40,579 nucleotides of DNA from Parasitella parasitica NRRL 2501 (GCA_025201805.1 MU619322.1:99172-139750), one strand, 5' to 3'; positions 19,811-33,349 are shown, numbered from the stretch's first letter. Program-made: numbers and translations. Notes: generated by a model from the sequence alone, not told the origin.

Positions 19811-21656
19811 ATGACATTCATTAAAACAGAACCTGATGTTTTGCAAGAAGAACAAGAAGACTTGATCATGTCTTACTTGAATGCGGATTATTTATCAGCC
19901 GATACGCCATTATCACCACCTTCAAGCACCTCTTCATCGTCAGAAACGACAGGCTCACCTGAAAAGAATTCAGTCGATGATTTTATGTTGGATATCCACA
20001 CAGATTTCCTAGCTAACGATCAGCAGGCCTGGGCGACAAACAATACAAACGGCCTATTTAACCCCTGTTTACCACAACAACATCATTCGTCCGACCTCCT
20101 GAATGCGTTCCCCTTTTTTTTGCCCTCCATGGATGTTGCCAATACTCAATTTATCCAACCGCTTCCTGTCACTTCATCTCCATCCAACGTAGCCAATGAA
20201 CTGCCCAAAAAACGGAGAGGAAGGAAGAAGAGAGACACTACTGCACCCGCTTTGTGCGTCCAGCAGGCTTCACTGCTGGCTCCAAAGCCTCTTGCGCCTC
20301 GGCCAGATGTGCAAATCAAGCAAGAGCCTACGGCAGTCGATATATCTAGCGCATCTCCGTTGGCTGGCCCAACAACCAAGGTGAATGAAACTGCAACAAT
20401 TAGTCAACTTGAACCTCAGCAACAAAACCAGACAGCAGCTGCGCCTACATCAATTGAAGCACAAAAACAAGCACAGATCCAAAAGAGACAGGAAAGACTG
20501 ATCAAAAATCGTGCTGCTGCTCTGCTATCACGCAAGAGGAAAAGAGAGCACTTGAGCCTCTTAGAAGATGAAAAGCAATCTTTGTTGATGGAAAACGAAA
20601 CACTGGCTCACAAAGTAGATGCGTTGGAAAGCAGAATTCAGTCATTGGAACAAGAAAACAAGGATTTGAGGGAGAGGTTGGAGCATACCCAATCCGTGAA
20701 TAACAGCAGCAATACCGTCATTCATATTGGCAGCAACAAGAAGAGCTTGGTTCAAAATGGCCAGAAGCCATCAAAGGCTACTGGTGTCGTGTTTATGGTA
20801 GGTCAGATGTGATTTTGACGTTTTTGCCACTTACTGACTTTGATGTAAAAAAAAAAGATCATTTTGTTCTCTTTTGCACTGTTCACTTTGCCTTCACGAA
20901 CTTCTGACCGTTTGACTGTGGGCGGCTCCTCGGTCTTGTCCAAGAAGCAGCTCCCTTTAATCGGCTCTTCGTCGTCTGAGTAAGTGTTTGATCATCATAT
21001 GGCGTAGTACAGATATTCTGACTATATGTGAACTTAGTGACATGGATTATTCAATCGAGCGGTTATGTCAACAACACGCGGAATACTGCGATGAGAGCAT
21101 GGAGGCCGCTTCCCCCGCTGCAGCTCCTAGCGAAAATAGCTCGACTGATCTTGTCCTCATTGACTCTGTGCGACCTCGTGATCTTCAAACGTGGATCAAT
21201 CACAAACTGGATGTCAGCAATAAAAGCCATGATAGCGATAACAAGCTGGTTAGCTGGCTCCCTAATAACGCTAATGACAGGCCTGGAAGCAAGGATTCAA
21301 ACGACGGTCATGTTTACCTGTATTCCAAGGAATTCTCGCAGCTGGCTTCAATGCACTCTACTCAAACATTGTCCAGAGACAAATCGCCCCCTACCATTTC
21401 TTTGATTTCACCGTACAATCAAACTGCTGCTGCTGCCCAAGACTCTTACTTGCAAATCGACGTTCAAGTCTTGCGCTCTCAGGTAATTAAGGGGCAGCTC
21501 ATGTCATTGCAACAATATGGCGCTGCTTCTACGGCTCTATTGGATGGCATGAAGAGGGACCTGATATCGTCCAATGTAACACGGCCCAATAAGAAGGAGG
21601 ACATGCTTGTTAAACGTGAAAAGCGTTCAAAGAAGATCTCCAGAGTCGTCATTTAA
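19811..21656 (+). CDS. Membrane-tethered bZIP transcription factor, ATF6-like (3 exons)
   Basis: bZIP KRQERLIKNRAAALLSRKRKREHLSLLE...; after splicing 20798-20857 a hydrophobic segment ATGVVFMIILFSFALFTLP follows; the putative luminal part has DLQTWINH and TISLISP...LQIDVQVLRSQVI. Confidence 0.8.
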
Positions 21657-22054
21657 CTCTCCATCCATATATACATACTTGTTCTAAAATATTATATACA
21701 TATATACCTTTCTGTTCTTTTATTCAACAAAAAACAAAATAAAAATTGTCTCCTCATTCTTACTTTCTGTCCGTCTTGGTACAACAACTTCAAACACGCC
21801 CTACCTACAAACCCAATGTTTGGCAAGCCATTGCGTTGAAAAGTAAGCGTTTGTAATAAATCGTGTTGTTCAAGGCCTCAAAACGCTTTATTTTTGCATT
21901 AAATGTTAATCAAAATGTACAGATTTGTTTTATTTTAGGATTACTCAAACAAAAAAGCAAAAGCCAAGTGCACTCCTCTTTTTTTCTTGTTTTTTTTTTT
22001 TTTTTTTTTTNNNNNNNNNNNNNNNNNNNNNNNNNGTTGTTTGTGTACAGAAAT

Positions 22055-23458
22055 TTACTCGCTCTCAAAGACAGCAGCCATACCCATACCAGATCCGATA
22101 CACATAGAAGTGACACCAATCTTCTTACCTTGACGTTTCAATTCAGGGAGAAGAGTGGCAATTTGGCGGGCACCAGTGCAGCCCAAGGGGTGACCAAAGG
22201 CAATAGCGCCACCCTTAGGATTGACCTTTTCGAGAGGGATTTGGAGCTTCTCAACAGAGTAGACGGCTTGAGAGGCGAAAGCTTCGTTGATTTCGTAAAT
22301 GTCAACATCGGAAATCTTGATGCCAGCACGTTCAACAGCAACAGGGATGGCATAGGCAGGGCCAACGCCCATGATCTTGGGAGGGACGCCAACGACGGCA
22401 GAGGTGATGTATTTACCGATAATAGGAAGACCCAACTTTTCAGCGGTCTTGCGCTTCATCAGCAAAACGGCGGCAGCACCGTCGGAAACTTGAGAGGCAT
22501 TACCAGCAGTGGTAGTACCATTTTCGTCAAAGGCGGGCTTGAGCTTGGCAAGAGTCTCGGGGGTGGTACCAGGGCGAACACCGTCGTCACGGTCAACAAT
22601 GACGGTGGTCTCCTTACCGTCCTTGCCAACAACAGTAGCTTCAAGAGGAACAATCTCATCCTTGAACCAACCGTTCTTTTGAGCAGCTACAGCCTTGGTA
22701 TGAGAAGAGGCAGCAAAGGCATCTTGCTTGGCGCGAGTGACATTGAATTCGGCAGCAACGTTCTCGGAGGTGATACTAGATGTACAATTATTTAGTCAAC
22801 AGTTTTGCATAAATGATTGTGTTTTGTTTGTAAACACACAAACACCCTCTCCAAGAGCAGCGTTAAAACTATACTTTACCCCATAGGAATAAGACAATCA
22901 GCAGCAGCAGCGCAAGAATCAGCAATCTTTTCAGAGGTAGTTGAAAGAGAGGCAGCGCCGTAGTTCTTGGTCATGGATTCAACACCGGCACCAATGCCAA
23001 CTTCGATCAAGCCGGTTTGAATGGCAGTGGCGATTTGGACAACGGCTTGGAGACCGGATGAACATTGACGGTTGCAGGTAGCAACAGAGCTGGATTCAGG
23101 GAAGCCAGCGTAAAGGGCGGCCATACGGGCATTGGTTGCTCCACCACCTATTGCATTCATTAGTAACCGACTCGGCAAAATGATCTGCACAAAACTCACC
23201 AGGAGGGAGGACACCACCAACAGAGATGTCATTGACAATGGCAGGATCAATGCCAGTTTGCTTAATAACAGCCTTGAAGACACCGGCAAGGATTTCTTCA
23301 GGCAAGGTCTCAGCAAAACCACCCTTACGGGCTCTAGTGATGGCAGAACGCAGAGCAGAGACGATAACAACATCCTCAGGTGACTTGACGCCAATCTTGT
23401 TAGCGACACCATCGGTGGGGGCCAGATGACCAGAAACTTGTTGGAGACGAGAAGCCAT
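22055..23458 (-). CDS. POT1: Peroxisomal 3-ketoacyl-CoA thiolase, 3 exons
   Basis: PTS2 RLQQVSGHL; NRQCSSGLQA, GAGVESM, NEAFASQ, GAIAFGHPLGCTGARQ, SMCIGSGMGMAAVFE. Confidence 0.95.
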
Positions 23459-24708
23459 GTTTACTATTCTAAGAGATATAATTGAGAAAAGAACATTGAT
23501 ATAATTAATAAGTCTATTTCTTTTATACAAATGCTGGTAAAAATGTGGAGTAAGCAACATTACGTGACCATTTCTCCATGAGAATCTGAGATTCACATGT
23601 GAATGATTATGCTTACGAATCAAAAATGTACCCAAATTCGTCGAAAAGTCAATGACAAAGGAATCAATGCTGCTGGCATTTAGCTTGGGTATGGGCGCAT
23701 AGCAACAGAGAACAGCCACTGGAAAGCACCTGCCATGAAAAAAGCGCTTGGAAGGTGGAGTCTGACCTTTTTTTGATGCCATTTGAACCAGCTCTTTCTG
23801 CCTGGGAAAACTATTATAAAACCCGAGCAGCCATTGACTCTTACAAATCGTAACGTTTGAATGACACAGTTGATAGGGGGGGGGGGCATTTTGGACCATC
23901 ACAGTTATTTCAACAACAATGGCTACGAAATTCAACAAGGACCATTTCCATGTGTTGATCTCCTCCCAGTAAACTCTCTTCAAACCTTCAAATAGCAATC
24001 AGCTGCCAGCGATCAAACGGATATTTTTCCTGATGCCTTCCCCGTGTTCCTATTGGAGCTTATTTTCAGTGAAATTAACGCAACCTTGTATGAGCTGCGT
24101 TGATTTTTCTCATACGGGGATCGTCATCATGGTATCCCGAATAATGGACAAACTGCTTCTTGAGCATGGAAAAGGCAATGGCTCGCAATTTGGAAAACTC
24201 ATATGTTACGCGGCCCCATATCCTTATTGCAGGCTAAAACAAGAAAAATTTATATATAATCATCTCATCACGTAGATACTGCAGTTTATGGCAGTCAATG
24301 AAAGCACTTTCTCAACAAGTTTTCGATGTAGTGCATTACATATCAACCAATCTATGATATCGAGGCTAATGACTCGCTGATTTATTGTTTGAAAAAAAAA
24401 AAAAAAAGAGTGGTATTCATACACTATAAATGTTTGTGGATCCCACATGCATATCAACTCAGCAGTAAAGCGTAGAAAGAAAGACATGATGGTGCTAGAA
24501 TGCCATACCATGATGGTTTTTTTATGCTTGACATGTCTGTCATTTTTATTATTCAAATATACTAGCTATTTCTCTTATGCATCTTGGTAATCTGTGATTG
24601 AAACGAGTGGAAAACATCCGCATTGAATGCATCGCCATGATTAAGGTCAAATAACACAAGCTGCCATAAAAGGTATATATTAGTCGAAAATTATACAAAA
24701 TTAAAAGT

Positions 24709-24967
24709 TGTATTCAGCTGCATGTTTAAATAATACTTCCCAAAATATCATTAATTTAAACAATGTAAACTGGTGTGTACATTTTACAGGCATTGATGAA
24801 AAGCTGAAGAAAAATCGAAAAAAAGCAGAGGCTCAATCATCACCAGCAAACACATTATTTTGCATTTCAAAATATTAAACTTTGAGATACTTGGACGAAA
24901 CTTTACGCCCTAACATTAAGCCTATATGAATGGCCCACTACTATCTTCACATACATTCGTATGCTTC
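24709..24967 (+). repeat. Dispersed direct repeat, copy 1 (copy 2 at 35926-36185)
   Basis: About 260 bp and about 95% identical by eye (roughly 11 substitutions and 1 indel). Confidence 0.95.
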
Positions 24968-25570
24968 AAGTACAAAATATCTGTGCGAGAACTTCGAATA
25001 AATTTTTTGAATGCTGACGAAATTGTAAAAAGTCCTTTCAACAACAATCTTCCAGGTATGCTTTCGTGCTTCCCGAATCTCAACAATTTGTTATTCTCCT
25101 TCCTTGTCCCTGTAGTATTTAGGGACATCTTGAGAGCCTGCCCAAATCTTTCGTATCTGAGGAAGCCCAATACTTCTATTGGTTGATACTTTGGTTCCTG
25201 CGAATAATTTGACTGCAGGAATGTCCCTTCTTATGCGAAGACACTTCGGGGCCCTCAATGAACTATCTATTTTCTGCAACCATAGAAACACTGGTTCATT
25301 CATTCATTAAAGAATTGACTTTTTTCTCTTGTGTGTTATTGCCGAGTTAGCCTATTCGAGTGTTCAGCATAAACGATAGAAACGAGGGAGCCTCCTGGTC
25401 ACTACACGTATTTCTGATGGTTCCCCAATGTCAACGATGAGAGGGTAAACAGGTGCAAGGATGATGTGAAGTTGATGAGGATCTGTTTGTGGTCGGTTCT
25501 GCTCCTTGAAGAGGTGGAAAAATCTTTATACACTTTGCAAGTTTGCAACATTTGGAACTCGTCTCCTCAG
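24709..25570 (+). pseudogene. Decayed fragment of a probable F-box/LRR-like multigene family member
   Basis: Broken frames containing FVCFKYKISVRELRI, LSCFPNLNNL, ILRACPNLSYL and FASLQHLEL (LRR-like LxxL units), with many stops and frameshifts; boundaries approximate. Confidence 0.35.
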
Positions 25571-28469
25571 TTTCTAACTTTTGTCAACAAATTGAATTCG
25601 ACGTTTAGAATTTTATAATTAAATCAGCTATATATTTTATTTATGCGTGTGCTTGGTATATCAATGATTTATTAAATCTCTTAGTATTTAGCGTTATTTG
25701 TATTTTTTATCTATACAAACTATGCAAGATAACTGATTTACAGAATTGATATAAATAATTGCACAAGTATTTCCAAGTTTTCAAGAGCTGCCCAAATTAG
25801 GTAATAGTTTTTTAATAACTTGGCTGCGAGTTTCGTGTATTCTGTCAATTTAGCTATACAAGTCTTATGAAGATCCCGTGCTTGAATTTTATGACAGTTG
25901 GTTACCTTATTTCTTTGTAATTCGCACCTAAAAATGACTTTTAAGGGCAGCCACAGCTAACAAGACAGGTTGATCAGGCACAGGAACCATGCTGACAATG
26001 ATGTATTTGACACCAAGAACCTGTCATTACCTTAAAAATTTTACTTGATATGGCTCAAGTTATTGTTAATTCTATATTTATGTTTTGGCACGTGCAAGCT
26101 CTGTGCTTGACAATAAATAAACTAAGGGTCAAGAATAGGCAATATTTGACATTTGGATTTCTTTTCCATCAAAAATAAATAACTAAAAATACACATACAT
26201 TGATTGCCATAGTCCATAATGTGGCCAGTCAAGAAAGTGAGAATGGTATCAATCAGTTCATCATTTATTATTGTATTATCTTGATAAAAAAAAACTGATA
26301 AGGATAACTTCAATTTTACAAAAAATGATAGCTAACAATGTGGCAACGATACGCTTCACAACGTTGTTCGGTGATCACATTTAGGGTCTGCTCACTTAAT
26401 TATATACATTTGTATAGCGATATAATTAAAATGTACTACAAGACTTTTATTCCAATCAATTTGGCCAAAGATTAGATCAAGTTTTTCATTTTGGAGCTTT
26501 CGTTTTTATCTGATTTTGATTGTTCCAATATCGGACCATTATCAAGTGAGTCTTTGAAATGCATGGCTTGCAGTTTAGCATCCGATATAGAGCATTGCAT
26601 TTCAATGTTACTACATATTATGTCAAAATTAATCGATCAATGTTTCTCAACTGTGGGCTTGGAATCCATGATGGATTTTTTTTTTTTTTTTTTTTTTTTT
26701 GATGGTATAACCAACTGTTTTTTTTTTATTTATTTATTTATGAGGCCTCATTTGACAAGATAAAGCTTGTATAAATTTACATGCTGTGTATGTTTTGATT
26801 TCTGAATCCTAACCGCATGAAAAACTGGAACATATAAACTTAAAGAAGTGACCAAATGCCATCGACGCAGGTATAACTTGGAGCTTATTTGTGTGAAGTG
26901 AGTGCCTAATTAATTAATATTATAAAACAATCTAGATATCATATCAAAATCCGCAGAACCCTTGGTATTATAAATCATTCCATGCAGCCATGATACTGTT
27001 GTATTTGTATGCGAATACGATACTATGCATCCCTCTATACCAATATCCACAACTGAAGTTTAGCCGCGTCCGGTACGACTTTTATCGAACTCCGTGCTGG
27101 GACTCTTGACATAATACCAATATTAAACCGGATGTTACCGGACATTGTGCCTGAATTTTGTGAAATTCAAAATAATATCGCCACCAACCCAAGATCAATT
27201 GTTTGTTGTACCTAATACAATGCTTGTTGTCGTTTTCATTGTTATATTACAACATAAAGAGACAATAGAGAAAGAGTGCGAGTGATTCCTCTTTGAATAG
27301 TTTACAAGGAGCTTTTAATGAGTATAAATGTTTAGTTTATTTACATTGATTTACTCTACTTTTAGTCATCTTGATTTTCCGTTTAAGCAGCCGTGCTTTC
27401 AATGGTCATATGCATGTGACCAAAAGAAGATAAAGTTTAACGGATCAACTCTACAGTGCAGATGAATTCGATGAAAATGAAAATCATCATCGTCATTGAT
27501 TCATCAACATAGCAAAGTGTCTTTTTATTTAGTAAATATTTGTTTTGAGTTTTATCGATCAAATCACCTATAAGTGGAGTCTTTCTGAAGTATGGCAGTA
27601 TATCGTAGTTGTGCACATGCTTAGGGATTCTCATATAAACACACAACAGAGCATAATGCATACAAACCAGTGTGGGTATATAGAAGCTGCTGGATCTGCA
27701 GCCTATCTTGTTGGTTCTAATGTTATTTAGTATTGTGAGATATGTATGCACAAACACATTCTGGACTTTTCTTTAGGAGGATGTCAATGTTTGGAGAAAC
27801 AATGTGAATTTTTTTTTTCAATGTTGGGTCTATTATACAACTATAATAATACGCACCTTTATCTCTTCTTTATGATACTTGAAATAGTAGTACAGGATCC
27901 ATGATCTGTGATGATACTGATTGGTGTAACAATATTGCCATGGGCCTTTGAAATAAAGAAATAGGGTAATGCACTGCCATAAAGGGTGCATGTCTTGGGT
28001 TCCCTTGCCTTTATTAAATCTACAAATCAATTGTGTGCGCTCTTTGTGTCATGTATGGGTTTAACTCATGGGCTCTGTTGATGTGGTTGATTCTGTTTGC
28101 TGGTTGATTATTTTTTGTAATTAAGAAAAAAAAAAAGGACTATGATGCTATTGCATAGAATCAGTAAGCAATGCACATATATTCACAATTACATGCTGCA
28201 TCAGAAAAAGAACACATATATATGGAAAGCTAGATGAGATGTTTAAATTTCCTTGCTTCCTTTTCCCCTTTCATCTGATTTTCTTTCTCTTTTCTTTCAT
28301 TCTCTTTTGACCTCTTCTATTCACCTTCAGGTACGTTGCTATATGACTTGTAGCCCCTTTGTTTTTCATTATTTTATTGCTTTCTCCTTTTTTGAGCGAG
28401 AAAACAGCTTGAATATATGTGCATGTATTAATACAAAAATTTGTGTAGAGCAAATATTAGATATAAACT

Positions 28470-29921
28470 ATGACGACTGTTGCAACAAGTGTACCTTATA
28501 GCGAAATTAACTACATGTAAGTCGGGAGTAAGGGAGTTTGGAAGTGGTTCACAGACATTCGATCACTTGCAATGACCCTTTTTGATTTTATTATATTAAC
28601 ACTAACCTGTTAAATTAGGCGACCTTTACAGAAAACTTCATACAAGGTATTAACGAAATAGTATAAAGTGTGCCTTTTACTAAAACATGTACGCAAACAT
28701 TATCTCTCTCTCTTACTCTCAACATAGCCTCAATCCAATGAAAAAACATCTGTTTCTATCGACTTCAAGAATCTTTATGTCAAAAATCTGGACCCCATTG
28801 TGACCAACGAAGATTTTAAAAACACTTTCCGTGTGTTTGGCAATGTCATCTCGGCTAGAGTGATGACCAATCCGCAAAACGGAACATCAAAAGGTTACGG
28901 ATTTGTAAGCTTTGAGAAAAATGAAGATGCAGCTTTTGCTTTGAACGCATTAAATGGAAAACAATTTTATGAAAAATATCTGCAAATAACTTATCATACG
29001 CCCAAGAAAAAGGCTATTAAAGGTAGTACCAAAAGTTTTAACGGTACAACTTGACATTAACATATACAACAAATAGGCCAGCCAGTTATTTCGAGAGCTG
29101 CCTATCAACACAATGATAATCCTTTGAAATTACAGGTAAACACAAGACATTTTTTTTTACTCAAAATATACTCAACAGAAATATTGTACCAGCCATCAAC
29201 CCCATCCCTTGCATCACCCGCAATAGGCACAGAATCAAACATAAAAACCCAATTTCGGTTGTTTGAAAAAGCTATCAGGCAATGTGGTTACCATAACGAT
29301 ATTTCTGACATTGTACACATGATGATGACACTGCCAAGAAAGGAGCGATCTTTATGTTTATTCAACCATGACTATCTTAAAGAGCACATTAAGCGTGCTA
29401 AAGAATCATTAGCAGTGTGTTCAAATGAGTATAGGTATGCTTTATTTCATGTGCATGTTATAACTCGGATCGACTGATGTGATTATAAAACAAGTATTTC
29501 TAGTTCCCCCAGATTGTGTAGCTCTCCCAAATCGTCTTTATCTGGCACTATCAGTAATTTTTCTTTTGATACCGATATATTCAAATTTCCTGGCAAATTT
29601 AGCCCTATACCCATTGTTAAACCCCCTTCTCATGCCCTAGATACGTCCAATTCTGCAAAAATCGAAGCGTTGTTAGCTTCATTGAAGGGAAAAACTCTAA
29701 ACCAGAAAAAGAACCTTGTAGGAGCTGCGTTGTTTCCATTAGTCAAGGCCATTGGTACTACCCACAAAAACGAGACGACAGTCTATATGTTGGATAACGT
29801 TCCATTAGAGGATTTGGTCAGTGCTATGTTTGACAATACAAAATTGAAAGCTCGCGTAAATGAAGCAAAGGCAAACTTAGAGGCTCTGGAAAAGTCAAAA
29901 TTGCAAGCTCAAAAAGTTTAA
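28470..29921 (+). CDS. RRM plus tandem MLLE(PABC)-like RNA-binding protein (Rrm4/PABP-related), 6 coding exons
   Basis: RNP2 NLYVKNLD and RNP1 SKGYGFVSF; middle LPRKERSLCLFNHDYLKEHIKRAKESL; C-terminal KKNLVGAALFPLVK...VYMLD...LKARVNEAKANL (MLLE-like). Exons splice in frame; probable 5'UTR intron 28331-28448. Confidence 0.8.
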
Positions 29922-30036
29922 GCACTCGCTACATAATAATCTATTTACCATTTATCATATTTAAGAAATAACTCTGCTGGAAGAGTATCTTTGCTACATG
30001 AAATAAAACACATGAATACACACACTATCTCAATTG

Positions 30037-30037
<1 letters not shown>

Positions 30038-30083
<46 letters not shown>
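30038..30083. repeat. Poly(T) tract, 46 nt
   Basis: Directly visible homopolymer. Confidence 0.9.
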
Positions 30084-30084
<1 letters not shown>

Positions 30085-30651
30085 GGTGGGGGCAGGGGGA
30101 GCAAGAAGTGTTTGGGATTGTAGCCAATGAGTGGGTTGCTCTTTACAAGTGTGTCGATTCGGGTGAGGACCTTATTATGTTAAATATCAATTGGGACATT
30201 ATGTACGATGAATGTAGAGGTAATGTACATGAGTTTAATGTGCCCATGTTGTTTCTTTCACAGCATACACATGAGTACAGGACATGGCGTCCGAGGAATC
30301 CAAGTAGAGCGACCGCAAATTAGCAGAAGAGCCGAATCTGCACAAGCAGAAACGGGCATGTTTAGCTGTGCACTTGTTTTCAAATCGAAAGCAGCAGTGC
30401 AGCAGTGCAGATGAGCTGAAGAGTACATTTGCTACATGCATGGATTGTGGCAGTCATTTGAGGGTAATTGAGGCAATGAGGGACGATAGTGGTCGAGTAC
30501 ATATTAACTAAAATGGATTTCCCGTAGTTTTTGCTGATACAGAATCAGAAAGACCAAGCTTTACGTTGTGACACATAAAACAGAAAACTCCTTTTTTGAT
30601 AAAAAAACACTTCTTTCTTTTCCATAAGATACAGTACAAAGAAAAACTATC

Positions 30652-33228
30652 ATGACAAACGACATTGATCATATGCTTCGTGACTTGGAGAAGCAAGTGC
30701 AAGATTTTACACTGGTAAGGGTTACAGGGAAGACGAGTAAATAAAACTGATAATATGGCACTCTATTTTTGTACCTCCTGTTTTTTTTATTTTTGCCCTT
30801 TTTCTTCTCTTCCCTTTTCCTTTGTTTTCTTTTTCCCTTTTAGAATATGAACGATCCTTCAAATACAGGTAAGTCAGATGAACTGGACCATGGAGGCATA
30901 GTTTGATGATGTCTGGCTTTGTAGAAAGACGCTATCGTGCAAGTAATACCGATAATGTTCCCCTGCAGCATTACAAAACGCGTGCGATGCCCCAAGCTGA
31001 TAGCAACGACGAAACTCCAGACGACAACATTTGTATAGGCAGCATAATGCAAAGATCAGCAACCGCTCGTCGTCCACCCAACGAAACCCCACTTGTTCAT
31101 CTCAGTCAATCAAAGTCATTAAGAAGCACAAGCAGTACAAGCAGTGCAAGTAGAAGAGCAAAGGGTCTGATTGCTCCGCCATTACCTACGCCAGAAGACG
31201 AAGAGCTTCGGTTTGCAATGCAGCGAGCTTGGGCAGTGTTGGATAGCGATGCTTTTGAAGAAAAAGCAGCAGTAGCAGAGGTATTGTTCGCATGACTCGG
31301 AACATGTGCATGTATTTACTTTACACAACATAGCCAACAGCTACAGCTACTGCTCCTTCCGAAGACTACAAACCTTCGAATATGGTTAGTACAGGTCGCA
31401 TACAAACGGTGCCATTAAAAACCTTAACAACCAGAATATACATTGACGATGCTAAAAACCATAAAGTTGTACAACTCAATAACCTTTTGACAACAGCGAT
31501 GGTTGTACAATATCTTAAAAAGAAGGGTTTGCTGGACAATACGGACGATTGGAGCTTGTTTGAAATTGATAATCAGAACGGCGTTGGTACGGATGGATTC
31601 TGCACTTGCACAAACAGCGGATTGATGGTTTTTTTTGAATTCCTGTAGAACGGCCTCTGCGTGAATGGGAAATTGTATTAGATGTTCTGAGTGTTTGGGA
31701 ACAAGATGCAAGCAATGCTCTCCTAGTCAAAAAGTATTCATACCATTACACTTTAACTTCAGAGGTAAGGAGTGTTGGTTTTAATAGGGAGTGAAAATCA
31801 GTATATTAAAGCTTGATATAACACACAGAGCATTTTGCAGAAGAAAATCCCTCCAATGCATGGGTGGTTATCCATCGAATATAAAAAAGGAAAATGGCAA
31901 AAGAAATATTGTTTCGTCAAAGATAATGCGATTTACCACTCAAAGGATAGCAAGGTTGGTTTTTTACGCACTGACTTGTTATGCATACGACACTAATGCT
32001 AAATTAAGGGATCCTCCTCGTCCATTTTGTGTCATTTGGCTACATATGATGTCTACACGCTTCTCCAGCCGTTGAGAATCAGCCCTACACCGTTCATCTT
32101 TGCGATCAGAGCACAGGATAGATTCAGCATTTTCGAAAAAGAAAGCGACTATATGCGATTCTTGGCTGTGGAGGATCAGGAAGACATGAAGAATTGGGTA
32201 CTTAGTATTCGTTGTGCTAAGGTAACACACAATTTAATACGCGAAAAACAGGCAAGAGCCTCACAACAAATAATTCATAGGGCAATATCCAATATCAGCA
32301 TCACCCCAATAGAGTGACAAATCCATTGGCCCATATTTCTCTAGACAGCACTGCAGATGATTCTCAAACTAATTTTGTGCGTAGGCATAAATCTGCAAGG
32401 GAATTGAAATCAGACGATCATGCGAAACATATTACAACAGTGTCTTCATCTGTCCCCAGTTTGCCTAGAAGTGAATCTACCCGTCGTGTAGAGCAAGATG
32501 GCCCAAAACGTCCGTTGGGCAGAAGCGGAACCACACGTGGTGGAATCACTGATGCAGAGAACCATCTCACTGCCGCCAATACACTCACAGAAGGGACTCT
32601 AATCAACTGCTTTAGTCAACCCACATTTGCTAAGGGATCATTACTGGCTAAAGACGAACAAGCAGAGCAAATTTCGCACAGACAACTGCAGCAACAACAA
32701 GAGCCATTACAGCAACAACAGCAGCAACAGCAGCAACAGCAACAACAGCAGCAACAGCAACAACAGCAACAACAGCAACAGCAACATGAAGAATCTTCCA
32801 CGCTAATTCAAATCGACGATCGCATTAAATTTGCTAAAGGATCATTACTTGACCAAAACGAGCACGGCGTCACAAAGATGACTAGATCAAGAAGCGTGCG
32901 AGAGGTCTCTTCATCAAATAGCAATGCTGGCGAGGAATCACCCTCTCATCGTCGCCATGCATCGCTTCGAAGAAAACCTACTGGAGGTAAAAGATCACAC
33001 CATGATGTTCCATTACCAAACAATGCAGCTATTGCATCGTTACCTACTTCTCCTCCACCTGCAACACCGCCCTCCGCTGCATCCTCCATGCTGAATAGTA
33101 ACAATAACGGTAACAATACACTATTACAATTGAACAATACACAAGAAAGATTTCATACAAGAGAATTGCATGCTAGAAATGTTAAACCACTGCTAAATTT
33201 TGACTCTCCCACCGCCACAAGAAAATAA
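30652..33228 (+). CDS. Ras-association plus PH domain adaptor (MRL/Grb7-like architecture) with polyQ
   Basis: RA-like TTRIYIDDAKNHKVVQL...DDWSLFEI...ERPLREWEIVLDVLSVW...LLVKKY; PH MHGWLSIEYKKGKWQKKYCFVKDNAIYHSK...DMKNWVLSIRCAK. First exon 30652-30714 splices in phase 0 to 30844. Confidence 0.85.
32710..32784 (+). repeat. CAG/CAA repeat encoding 25 Gln
   Basis: Directly visible; in frame with the RA-PH gene. Confidence 0.95.
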
Positions 33229-33265
33229 ATTTGTAAACATTTTTATATTTATTTATTTAAGCCTT

Positions 33266-33306
33266 TTATGTTTGAAGATTGATGTGTTGTTGAGACTGTT
33301 GCTGAG

Positions 33307-33349
<43 letters not shown>

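Noticed and set aside
19811-21656. HAC1/XBP1 assignment for the bZIP
   Set aside because: Both introns are canonical GT-AG, I saw no Ire1 stem-loop pair, and the TM plus luminal motifs fit ATF6 better.
21863-22795. 310-aa plus-strand ORF
   Set aside because: Antisense shadow of the codon-biased thiolase gene; it also runs through an N gap.
23459-23998. Long N-terminal extension of the thiolase ORF
   Set aside because: Non-ATG start and no homology; the PTS2 directly after ATG 23458 marks the true start.
25600-28250. Short ORFs in the AT-rich interval between the LRR-like remnant and the RRM gene
   Set aside because: No recognisable motif or consistent splice model; may hold decayed sequence but this is unsupported.
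32616-32801. Poly-Cys ORF (and poly-Leu ORF 33200-33382)
   Set aside because: Antisense readings of polyQ codon tracts.
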